This document shows, one piece after another, positions 53,431 to 64,000 of a stretch of DNA of 64,000 bases. The position numbers and the translations under genes are program-made. Each line of letters opens with the position of its first letter. Position 1 is the stretch's first letter. This DNA is from Eledone cirrhosa (lineage: Eukaryota), in the NCBI GenBank assembly GCA_964016885.1, contig OZ024742.1, positions 56,606,001-56,670,000 of the forward strand, read 5' to 3'. The notes below the pieces were generated by a model. The model made no database searches, was not told the origin of the DNA, and saw only the letters and a list, made by a program, of their open reading frames with translations.

Positions 53431-56349
53431 GGCAGTTATAATGAATTGTGATTTACTTGAACATTCTAAACTGAACTCTTGAATATTATTTTGGCTGAAT
53501 TTTTGTGTATTTTTGCTCTTTATATTGTATGTATTAATACGTTTTGCCTACTATAAAGACATGACTAGAAATCAATTTTGCCGCACATAACATATTATAT
53601 TTTGGCATGCATACACCTCATTTTTATCTAACGAATATGAATATCTATGTACTGTTCCATAATAAATACCATGCCAACCGCCGCGTCTACTTCGCATGTT
53701 CAGACTAAACTCATCTCAAACTACATTTTCTCATTAACCAATATTTATTTATTTTTTAAAACGGTAGGATGTAATTTGAGTGATATTTGGCTGCTATGTT
53801 TAGCTATTCGCGCGACCTTGAAACGAATCTCTCATTACATCGCATATCATGCTTATTGATTAATGTGACAACATTTACGTTTATAGACAATGTATATGTT
53901 CTATTTGTTATTAAAATAACTGGTGGTGTTTTTTCTAATACATTCAAGTATACTTTACAATTCTCAAATACTGTTATATGATTGCAGTCATTGATATAGA
54001 GATTAGTTTATATTTCCATTATTTTCCTTTATATGGGAGACTGCTTGTATGAATTCAAGGTGAGTTAGGTAGCGGTTACTGCGCAAAAATAGTTATATCT
54101 TATATGAATTCAAGATGACTTAGCAGTTATATTGTAACAAGTTATATCTTCCTTGAAAGGGCATAAAAGCTATTAATAGATAGACTGTTTCAAAGAGGTT
54201 ATTATATACGTGACATTTTATTGGTCTTAGAATATTCAAAGGGGGAACATAGGTTGTAGTTTAAAGTTGTAAATACTGTTTTTTTTATTTAAAATTCTGT
54301 CTCGAAATAATTTGAAAAAAAAACAGTAATTTATTTCAGAAATTTGTAGGAAAAATTATTATTATTTTGTTAAAATTATAGGCTGTGTGTCTTCCCTTTG
54401 ATCTCGAATGTTGTTTAGTTTTGATCTTAGTGAGTGAGTGACTTGGGTTGTTTAGCATGATATGGTTTGCGTGAGTATTTCTCTGTGTTCCTCTACTTAT
54501 TTTCGGACAGAAAATTATTTCTTCATGTGTGCTTAAAAATAAAATATTTCCAGTCATGTTTTTTCTTTCTTTTTTTGTTCTTCTTTCTTTGTCTGACATC
54601 AAAATACATTTCTAATGTGATGTTTTGAATTGGATTAAAACTCTAAAAGACACAATAGTCAGTGGATGTCTGCTTTTCAGTGATTGCTTTCATATTTGTT
54701 AATGAAATGTTTGAAGAAAATAATCCTAATCTTAGTTGTTTACAGTCGGTGAAATTATTGAGACTGTAAATTGTACATGTTGCAGACAATTTTTGTTCTT
54801 AATAATCAACACCAATTTTCTTTATATGATCGATATACTTTAGTTGATGTATTTTCCTTTGTTTTGTTTTGTTTCTTGTTGTTTTCTTTTTAACAATTAT
54901 AATATATAATCTGCGTTGTTTCGTTCCAATCCTTTGTTTGAATTGAAACTCCTACCAGACAGAAATGTAACCGTGGAACATTTTCCTTGGACCAATGACA
55001 ACTGATTATACATTATTGAGTAGCTCTTCGAATTTCATTTGTCCCTACCTTCCTCATCAATCATCAAATATATACACACACACGCACACACATATATATA
55101 TATATACGCGCACACAAACATGTATATATGAATATACAAATATACTCATATACATACATATGTGATTCATCCATTATATGCATCTGTTACCCTCTGCAAA
55201 TATAAGTTCTTTTTTTATATACATTGTTTTTCTATTCGACCTTCACAAAATCACTTGGAAGTCTCTTTACAGGGTTATTTGGCTGCGAGAAATCCGCTTT
55301 GAATCGCACCTTACATTCTTAAAAGAATGTAGATTTGATCATATAACTCTACATATATTATGTTCTATTAAAATATTGTAATTTCAGAGCTAGATTGCCT
55401 TTCATCATAGGTTTGGTTGATCTTGACTAGCCTGTGGCTAAACTACGATAACAACAACGGCAACCACAACACCAATACTCCAATTAAATAATCGTAATTA
55501 TTAATAAAGTCCAAAATATCTATTAAGTTTTATACACCGAAGAAAGAGATATATATCTTTAATGTATAGAGCCAAAATACAATTGCATATATTGGTAACA
55601 AAAGAAAGAAAGTTCAAGACGTATTCATGTGTTTAATTGAAATCATTTCGTTCTATCGACCTTATCTATATCTAGGAAGCCAGTGGTCTAAACGAGAATT
55701 ACATCTCATGCCAATTCCATCAAAAGATTTGCGTCATTTAATTGATTAGTTTTAATTAATATTGTTGCAATGACATGTATTCACTTCGGTCTATTCAACA
55801 ACATATTTACAAGAATCTCTAGTCCAAATGTGGCTTTAATTGGGAATGTTTCTGATATCATCCAGTTAAATTAGTTCACGGGGACTATTAAATTCTGCCG
55901 CAGCTGAAAACCATTTTCTTTTAAAGATTGCTTCTGTTCAGGTTATAACTCATTAGAAAGGTTTCTCTGGTCAGATGATCTCAGTCGTAATAAAATATTT
56001 TATAACTATTATGAATTTTAGATCAAATCCCTGACAGAATTCTTTGTGAACAGACATGAAATAATTAACTAACATTTCAAAGGTCGTAACCAATAGCAAT
56101 CAGTACGAATGAATGATAATCTAATTCAATTAAAATAGTTATACATTGTTTCGTTTTTAATTCTAATTCTCCTGTATATTAGGTTCGAAATTCATTTATT
56201 TACCATTTTTTTTCAATTTACAGGGAAATACACATTTTCTGGTATGATCACTTGCCTACATATTAGATATGTGTATATTTATATACATTTTCGTGCAGCT
56301 TCCGTTACCCTCTCTCTATGTATACAAATAAAACTTTATAAATAAATAA

Positions 56350-56427
<78 letters not shown>

Positions 56428-56430
<3 letters not shown>

Positions 56431-56625
56431 TAGAGCACAGGAAGGTAATATCCGTAGTGGTAGAGCACTCAGTCCATGGGACGAGTTAGGTAGAAGTGGT
56501 TACACAACAGTTAGTTCACCTTAGCGGATCCTCAGCTCGTAATCTGTAAGGAAGATTACGAGCTGAGGATCCGCTAAGGTGAAACAATTGTTCTCGGTAT
56601 GGTGAACTAACTGTTGTGTAACCAC

Positions 56626-56630
<5 letters not shown>
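56428..56630 (-). mobile_element. Family E fold-back element in (TA)n
   Basis: Arms from 56492 to 56630, ~63-nt tail 56428-56491; homologous to 32079-32232. Confidence 0.85.
56559..56596 (+). ncRNA. Minimal type I hammerhead ribozyme (family E)
   Basis: cgag-ctgagga-t-cc.gctaa.gg-t-gaaa-c.aatt.g-tt/ctcg; palindromic CAAUUG stem-loop III. Confidence 0.8.
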
Positions 56631-56671
<41 letters not shown>

Positions 56672-56675
<4 letters not shown>

Positions 56676-56798
56676 ATGGAGGCGGTAAAAACCAGTTAGA
56701 CCATTACACACCAGAGTACTCAATACTTGGGGTAGAGTGGGTAATATGAAAAATTCAGGACCCCGACGGCTGACCTCCTCCCGTTGGGATCCTGAATT
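56672..56798 (-). mobile_element. Family C-related tail with short fold-back
   Basis: accagagtactcaatacttggggtagagtgggtaata...ggaccccgacggctga; hairpin 56751-56798. Confidence 0.7.
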
Positions 56799-57009
56799 GA
56801 TCATGCCATCTTGTTATGCATAGGCAGATCTTGCTTAATACAGCCTAGACAGAAGCGTAATGCTTGTTTATAGCAGACATTTGACCTATCCAGGACTCCT
56901 TTCGTGAAATGCCAATCTTTGTAATATTACAGTCACGTAACCACCTTACTTTATTTTATATGTCTTATTCCATCTTATCTTTATAAATATTTTCATTATC
57001 TCATCTATA

Positions 57010-57131
57010 GTTCTGAAGAGCTGCTCCATAACATTACTTAAGTTACTTATCTTCCTCTGTACCAGATCAAAAATGATCTAATAATCAATTGATCCAGAAA
57101 CATTATATGTAGTAGCGAAACAATTGTAAAC
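57010..57131 (+). ncRNA. Hammerhead ribozyme candidate with ~85-nt insertion in loop II (family H)
   Basis: gtt-ctgaaga-gctgct...agtagc-gaaa-c.aatt.g-ta/aac. Confidence 0.65.
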
Positions 57132-57251
57132 GCACATTATTATTCCTTACATTAAACTACAATTACACTCTTTATTTCTTACATTAAACTATAACTATGC
57201 TTTAACTAACATCTTCCATGTGAATTTTGTGGTCTTGCTTTGTTTAACTAA

Positions 57252-57330
<79 letters not shown>

Positions 57331-57372
57331 GATATTAAACAAATGGAAACTATATTTATAAAACCATATTTA

Positions 57373-57434
57373 TTTCGTTATATATATTTCTGGGATATCA
57401 TATTAAAAATATGGTATGCCTTCCTCAGACAAAA
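57373..57434 (-). ncRNA. Minimal type I hammerhead ribozyme in the inverted pLTR of the Penelope-like element
   Basis: UUUUGU-CUGAGGA-(aggcauacCAUAUuuuuaAUAUGauauccca)-GAAA-UAUAUA-UA/ACGAAA. Confidence 0.75.
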
Positions 57435-57792
57435 TACAATATATAAGCTGTTTTATAAATAATTTTGACATACCTTAGAATAATGCAACTTCCATTTAAA
57501 AAGTTGATTTGGTAGTGAAACTGTTAGGACAGTTATATAGAAAGAAAGACGAAGAAAAACGAAGATGAAAAGAAGAAGATGAAGAGATGTATGTAAATAA
57601 AAAAGAAGAAGAAGATGAAGAGATGTATGTAAAGAAAAACAACAGAGCGAGATAGAGAGAAGGAGATATGGGAGAGAGAAATACATTGAGGAAGTGAAAA
57701 AATAGTAGGCAGCTTGGGGACAGATGATCATCGTATATGTGAGAGGTTAAGGAGGGAAGGGATACAGTTAAAATAGCCGACACATAAATCAT

Positions 57793-58712
57793 GTGAACTC
57801 TGTTCAAAAACGTATCTCTAGAATCTCTTCCAATAAAAATATTTTTGACGAAAAAGCCCAGTATTATAATGAAGCGTTAGCTAGAGCAGGATATAGTGAT
57901 AAAATTATGTACATCGATAATAGACAAACTAACCAAAATAACAACAATTTTAATTACAGTAACAACTTTAACAACTATAATAGAAAGCACTACAATAATT
58001 CCAAAAACCAGAAAAGAAATAGAACTAGAAATATAATATGGTTTGCCCCCCCCCCCCCTTCTCACTAAACATTAAAACCCACATCGCTAAACTATTTTTT
58101 AATGCTCTTGACAAACGCTTCCCTAGAACACATAAGTATCACTCAATTTTCAATAGACATACTATAAAATTAACGTACTCGTCCACCAAAAATTTAGCAC
58201 AAAATATTAATAGAATAAATAATAGGAATCTAAAACCTAGCCAAAATACCGAAAATTGCCTAAACAATATTCAAGTAAACAACTGTAACTGTAGAGATAG
58301 ATCTAAATGTCCGCTAAATAACAATTGCTTAGTTAAAAATATAATATACAACTGTAATGTTAAAACTGACTTAAATTCTTTTAATTATGTTGGTTCCACC
58401 TCGACAGAATTTAAACTTCGCTATAATAATCACAAAAATTCTTTCACGGATCCAAATAAAAAATCTTCAACATCACTATCAGGCTTACTCTGGCAACTTA
58501 AACATGATAAAGTTGGATATTCGATGGTTTGGAATATAGTCTCAAAAGGGATTCCTTTTAATTCCTCTTCTGAGACATGTGACCTCTGCGCGGAGGAGAT
58601 ATTCTTTATACTAAAATCTAAAAATTCCCTAAATTTACGAACCAATTTATTCAGCTGCTGCAGACATAGATTGAACTCAACTTTTAAATATAAATATAAA
58701 TTTAAAATGTAG
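57793..58712 (+). pseudogene. Penelope-like RT C-terminus plus GIY-YIG endonuclease, one frameshift in a poly-C run near 58050
   Basis: KRISRISS..F...YNEAL...GY; RNIIWFxPPFS; IFNRxTIKLTYS; CNCR..CPL..C; IIY...YVGST..FKxRY..H; CDLCxEE; LN; CRH. Confidence 0.9.
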
Positions 58713-58903
58713 TATAAAATGTAGTATATTTACTTAAGATATTTAACTATATATAACGAAATGTATAACGAAATAAATATGGTTTTATAAATAGAGTTTC
58801 CATTTGTTTAATATCGTAAACCTACTCCAAAAACTTTTGAGTGCTTTTATATCAGTTATAAAATATTTACTCGTTGTAACCCAACAATTTTAAATAAAAC
58901 TTT

Positions 58904-58960
<57 letters not shown>

Positions 58961-59045
58961 TAAGGGTGTGCGTTTCTAAATACACATATATATTTATATC
59001 CATTTAAATCTGTATATGTGTATGACAGTGTGTCTGCATGTGTGA

Positions 59046-59094
<49 letters not shown>

Positions 59095-59257
59095 TGAGGA
59101 TTATTGAAATATCAATATATAATAATCTCGTGAAAAATGGGATATGAACGTGTTGCAGTGTTTATTATCATATCGTTATTATATCATTATTACATCATTA
59201 TTTCATGGTTATTGTATGGTTATTTTACCATTATTATGTGAGGTATTATGACAAGGA

Positions 59258-59580
59258 AATAATTGTTTCTACTTTTGGCACAAGGCCAGCAATTTGAAGG
59301 GAAAGGGAAAGTTGATGAAATCAACCCCAGTGCATTATTTTATCGACCCCGCAAAGATGAAAAGCAAAGCGAACTTCGGTGGGATTTGAACTCATAATGT
59401 AAAGGTCGATGACTATATGCGTCATCCGACGCTCTACTGATACTGCCAATCCACCGCCCTCGTGACAATGAAATAATGATTTCTACATTAGGCCATTAAT
59501 TTGAGGAGAGGGGAAAGTTGATTAAATCGACCCCAGTACGTAACTGGTACTTTATGTTATCGACCCCGTAAGGATGAAAG
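59258..59580 (-). mobile_element. SINE family 1: one full copy (59258-59460) and one partial copy (59475-59580)
   Basis: Reverse complement of head (actgccaatccaccgccct), B box and tail. Confidence 0.85.
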
Positions 59581-60339
59581 TGTGACAATGAAATAATAAG
59601 AAACAATAAAACAGAATTTGAAATTTGAAACACCGTAAAATTATAAAACGTTGTTCTGCGTTTTGTATATAATTTTAGAGCTATACAGAGTTATGTCTCA
59701 TCTCGTGAAAGAGATTCTTTCAAAAGAGGAATATGAAATAGTAGAGGAATTACAAAGTGTATATTTACACATTATTACAAAATATTATATAATCTCACGC
59801 TACGATACAGAGTTTCAGCCAAAACTATACGAAGGAGGTTTCAACTATATTCACTAAATACAAAATTAATATTGAATCTTGTTATTACAGAGAATACGTT
59901 AAGTCAATAAACTGAGGAACTATCAGCAAAGTAATTATCGAATCGATTCATTGCATCAGTTCTTCGATATATCCCTATAAAAGATAATTAACTATCAAAT
60001 TATCCATTTCACCTCGATGCAAATAATTATTCTGTGAAGATTCAGTTTGCCGCTCAATGAAAACAGAACAAAGACTGTCACACAATAGAACCTTTGTTAC
60101 CATTGTGTGTTTTCTTTCATTCTTTTACTAATTCCACTCAATGGATAGCAGTCACACTACGGCTTCAAGTGATTTTAGTCAATTATATCGACCACACAGC
60201 ACTGTCTGCAACTTATCCAATGCTTCCCATAGGATACCAAATATACAGTGGACAGTGGCAAAAAGAACATTAGGGCAGGAATGTTCGAATATAACGATTT
60301 ACACTTAGTGGGATATATATATATACATACATGTATATA

Positions 60340-60402
<63 letters not shown>

Positions 60403-60454
60403 GGGGGGCATCTGTGTCTCTGCCTGTATCTGTGTGTACATATGTTTGTGTAGA

Positions 60455-60479
<25 letters not shown>

Positions 60480-60485
<6 letters not shown>

Positions 60486-61047
60486 GTAATCTGAGTTTTT
60501 CGAATATTAATAATAACATTCGATTCCTTTGCAATTATGCAAACAAGCCTCAATTTTATAGCCATGTAAGTAGAATGAACCCTTCATTCTTGCTCTTGTG
60601 TTGGCATGTGAATAGAACTGCAGACACTAATGTTTCTGGGTTAGGGTTCATTAGTACAGCTCACTGCTCACCTGCCAAACTGTCAGAGCTAGTGAAAATA
60701 TATGCTTTTTCAAAAATACACAGAAAATATATGTATTTTCAAAAATACACAGTGACTGATCGCTCTGATTTGCATATTAACAGACTGGCTGATCAGTCAG
60801 ATCTGCATACTAGCTCTGACAGTTTGGCAGGTGAACAGTGAACTGGGTGATACCCAGAAACATTAGTGTCTGCAGTTCTGTTCACATGCCAACACAAGAA
60901 CAAGAATGAAGGGTTCATTCTACTGACATGGCTATAAAATTGAGGCTTGTTTGCATAATTGCAAATGAATCGAATGTTATTATTAATATTCGAAAAACTC
61001 AGATTACATTTATTGTATTCCGCCATGTAGAGCGAAAACTTTCTTTT
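60480..61047 (+). mobile_element. Fold-back element, family F, in (TA)n, with degenerate hammerheads
   Basis: ~210-bp arms 60480-60692 / 60809-61013, ~34-nt tail; minus 60615-60662 GAGCUGUA-CUAAUGA-..-GAAA-CA.uuag.UG-UC/UGCAGUUC. Confidence 0.8.
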
Positions 61048-61462
61048 ATATATATATCTATATATTTATATATATATATATATTGGGAGAGATAAAGCGA
61101 GAGATAGATAGATCACACAACAATATAGTTTGCCGCCAGAAAAGTATGAGAATCACATGGTTTTCCCTTGCGGAGATACATTGTTTGAAAAAAAAGTCTA
61201 GCATTTGACTGGTAGTTTCATATACCGCATAGCGAATGATTCTAACTGTGGACTGGTAGCTGAGATACATGGTATGACGAATGTTTTAGCAGTGGACAGA
61301 TGACTAATGTTTAACTAATCATGTGGGATTCTCCAGCTACCAATGTGATAAATATTCTACATAAATTTCACTTCTCTTACGTAACCTAGTTCATTATCCC
61401 AACGTCTGAATCAACGGAAATCTATAGCAATTGAAGAGGTTGTTTTAGTGTGATTTTTACAT

Positions 61463-61595
<133 letters not shown>

Positions 61596-61685
61596 ATTCT
61601 TTCTCGGTTGGGAATCCTAGTTTTACAAGATATACGTACACATATATAGACATATATGTATATAGACATGCATGTGTATGTGTGA

Positions 61686-61749
<64 letters not shown>

Positions 61750-62225
61750 GTGTGTGTGTGTGTGTACACACACAAACACACACATACAGTGTGCCTGTTT
61801 AAAGAGTTCAGATACCGCCAGAATAGCGGATGCGGATACTGCCGTCAGTGAAAGTACGCCAGTGACAACTGGAACAAGGAAACGTTTAAAACAGTAAATA
61901 GGTTGTCAGGCAGCTGATAACGGGTTCATCTTACCATAATGGCTGCTCATAAAACACCAAACGACCCTGTTTGGCAATTTGAAAAATGTCGAGTGTCTCA
62001 GTCAATTTATTTGAAATGATGAAATCTTAACATAAATTTAGCAGTATGATGAGTCGATAAAATTACTAACAAGCAGTAAGATATAAAGACTGTGTTATAT
62101 TGGTCTTCAGTGATGTGCTCAATCTATAGTTTAGGGTCTTACTCTAACTAACCCCATTCCATTTTCACGAATAAATGAAAATCATTGTTGTTGTTTAGCC
62201 ATACAGATACACACACACATATATA

Positions 62226-62419
<194 letters not shown>

Positions 62420-62459
62420 TGCATATATATGCATATATATATATATATATATATATATA

Positions 62460-63669
62460 GCGGCGATGAATTAGTTTTGCGAGGTTTTTTATATGAAATC
62501 GTGTGTCGAAAGAAATATTGTTATACTTGGGGAGGGTCATATTTGTGTAATATTGCCAGAATTAATAACAGAACACACTCACTGTTTGGTTGGTTTTCGC
62601 TTCTCGCTGTCTTTTATATCGGTAATCTAACTTACTCGGTCCTCAATGTTGCCATTGACTGACCGACGGTCAAAAATAATACAGATACAATATAGACACA
62701 AACACATATATATAGTTTATCATAAATCTTTCGTTGCACATCTGCAACATCGTCAGTGGTGTTATATTTTCCTTCTGTTGTATTGTATGTCTACGCCATT
62801 TTTATTCAGTCTGTCTATATATTTATTTATTTGCTTGTTTGTTTATTTTATTTTGTTTTCTTTGCGCATGCGTTTGCGGGTGTGTATAGTGTTATGTTTG
62901 CTGTGTGATGGGTGACTAGTGTGTGTTTATGTGCTTGTTGTTATTGTGCTTGTGTATGTATTTATTTATTTATTTATCTTATTTTATTTACTTATTTATA
63001 CTTCTCTTAGGTCAGTGTTGTTTGTTTGGGTGTTGTTGTTATTCCATTCATTCTTTCTGTTTAGCTTTGGTCTTCTAATTTCTATTTCACTGGCCTCTCT
63101 GGATATTATTCTAATTTCTATGTTGTCTATGTTACCGAAATGTTGTTGTCTAGCATGTTCGTATAGTACTGACCCGTTTTTTCGTCCTTTTAGTTCCCCC
63201 CAGTGTTGGTCTATCCTGTTGGTCTATACATACACAAGCACAATAACAACAAGCACATAAACACACACTAGTCACCCATCACACAGCAAACATAACACTA
63301 TACACACACGCAAACGCATGCGCAAAGAAAACAAAATAAAATAAACAAACAAGCAAATAAATAAATAAATATATAGACAGACTGAATAAAAATGGCGTAG
63401 ACATACAACACAACAGGAGGAAAATATAACACCACTTACGATGTTGCAGATGTGCAACGAAAGATTTATGATAAACTATATATATGTATTTGTGTCTATA
63501 TTGTATCTGTATTATTTTTTGACCGTCGGTCAGTCAATGGCAACATTGAGGACCGAGTAAGTTAGATTACCGATATAAAAGACAGCGAGAAGCGAAAACC
63601 AACCAAACAGTGAGTGTGTTCTGTTATTAATTCTGGCAATATTACACAAATATGACCCTCCCCAAGTAT

Positions 63670-63677
<8 letters not shown>
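62460..63677 (-). mobile_element. 5'-truncated Penelope-like element with ~450-bp inverted pLTRs (family G), in (TA)n
   Basis: Arms 62515-62961 / 63226-63677; spacer encodes a GIY-YIG C-terminus; ~55-nt tail 62460-62514; CUGACGA-u-GUUGCA.gaug.UGCAAC-GAAA core on minus strand at ~62727-62756. Confidence 0.88.
62996..63223 (-). pseudogene. C-terminal half of a PLE GIY-YIG endonuclease (TNRIDQHWGELKGRKNGSVLYEHARQQHFG...IRIISREASEIEIRRPKLNRKNEW...*)
   Basis: Manual translation, 76 codons open; RxxxH, SxLxxHxxxxH, EAxxI, PxLN motifs. Confidence 0.8.
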
Positions 63678-63729
<52 letters not shown>

Positions 63730-63804
63730 ATATATATATGTATATGCATATTTATGCATGCATATATATATATGTATATATATGCATGCATATATATATA
63801 TATG

Positions 63805-63904
<100 letters not shown>

Positions 63905-64000
63905 AGACGAAGAGAGACAATATCACGTACATTCTGGCGAGCATTTCAAAAGCAAAACCAAAATAACATTACACCTAAATACCTGTCTGATGACAAAACA

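Larger units (their letters stand above)
57328..58907 (+). mobile_element. 5'-truncated Penelope-like element with inverted pseudo-LTR, in (TA)n
   Basis: 57328-57382 is the reverse complement of 58764-58818; internal RT-thumb/GIY-YIG ORF; tail with ttgagtgctt; (TA)n on both sides. Confidence 0.88.

Noticed and set aside
57793-58712. Selenocysteine-type recoding known from some PLE clades
   Set aside because: No in-frame TGA in the retained ORF pieces; the break is a homopolymer frameshift
60638-60648. gggttagggtt telomere-like sequence inside the family F arm
   Set aside because: Under two repeat units; cannot be distinguished from chance

Overview
AT-rich, microsatellite-saturated eukaryotic DNA. 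The repeat content suggests an invertebrate, probably an octopod cephalopod (inference). The only plausible host coding sequence is three short phase-consistent exons at 398-937 ending a + strand gene; almost all listed ORFs are (TA)n/(CA)n artefacts. The rest is mobile DNA: about 20 copies of a tRNA-derived SINE with (ATT)n tail, a second SINE family, a near full-length decayed R4/Dong-type LINE (47.3-51.3 kb), Tx1/L1 and RTE fragments, a DD41D Tc1/mariner relic and a hAT-type MITE. The main hidden signal is about 20 short insertions from at least 8 unrelated families, nearly all inside or abutting (TA)n tracts. Most are a fold-back plus an unpaired 3' tail of about 35-90 nt; most families carry complete or partial type I hammerhead ribozyme motifs and many share a TGAGTRCT tail motif. 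Three retain GIY-YIG endonuclease coding sequence, identifying the set as Penelope-like element (PLE) derivatives. Other RNA-structure candidates: a decayed tandem array at 52.7-53.0 kb with the three hammerhead strands in a non-canonical order, an HDV-like motif heading an internally deleted RTE element (42.5 kb), and a double-pseudoknot 5' UTR in the R4/Dong LINE. Several inverted insertions appear templated from nearby DNA. All folding and alignment was done by eye.
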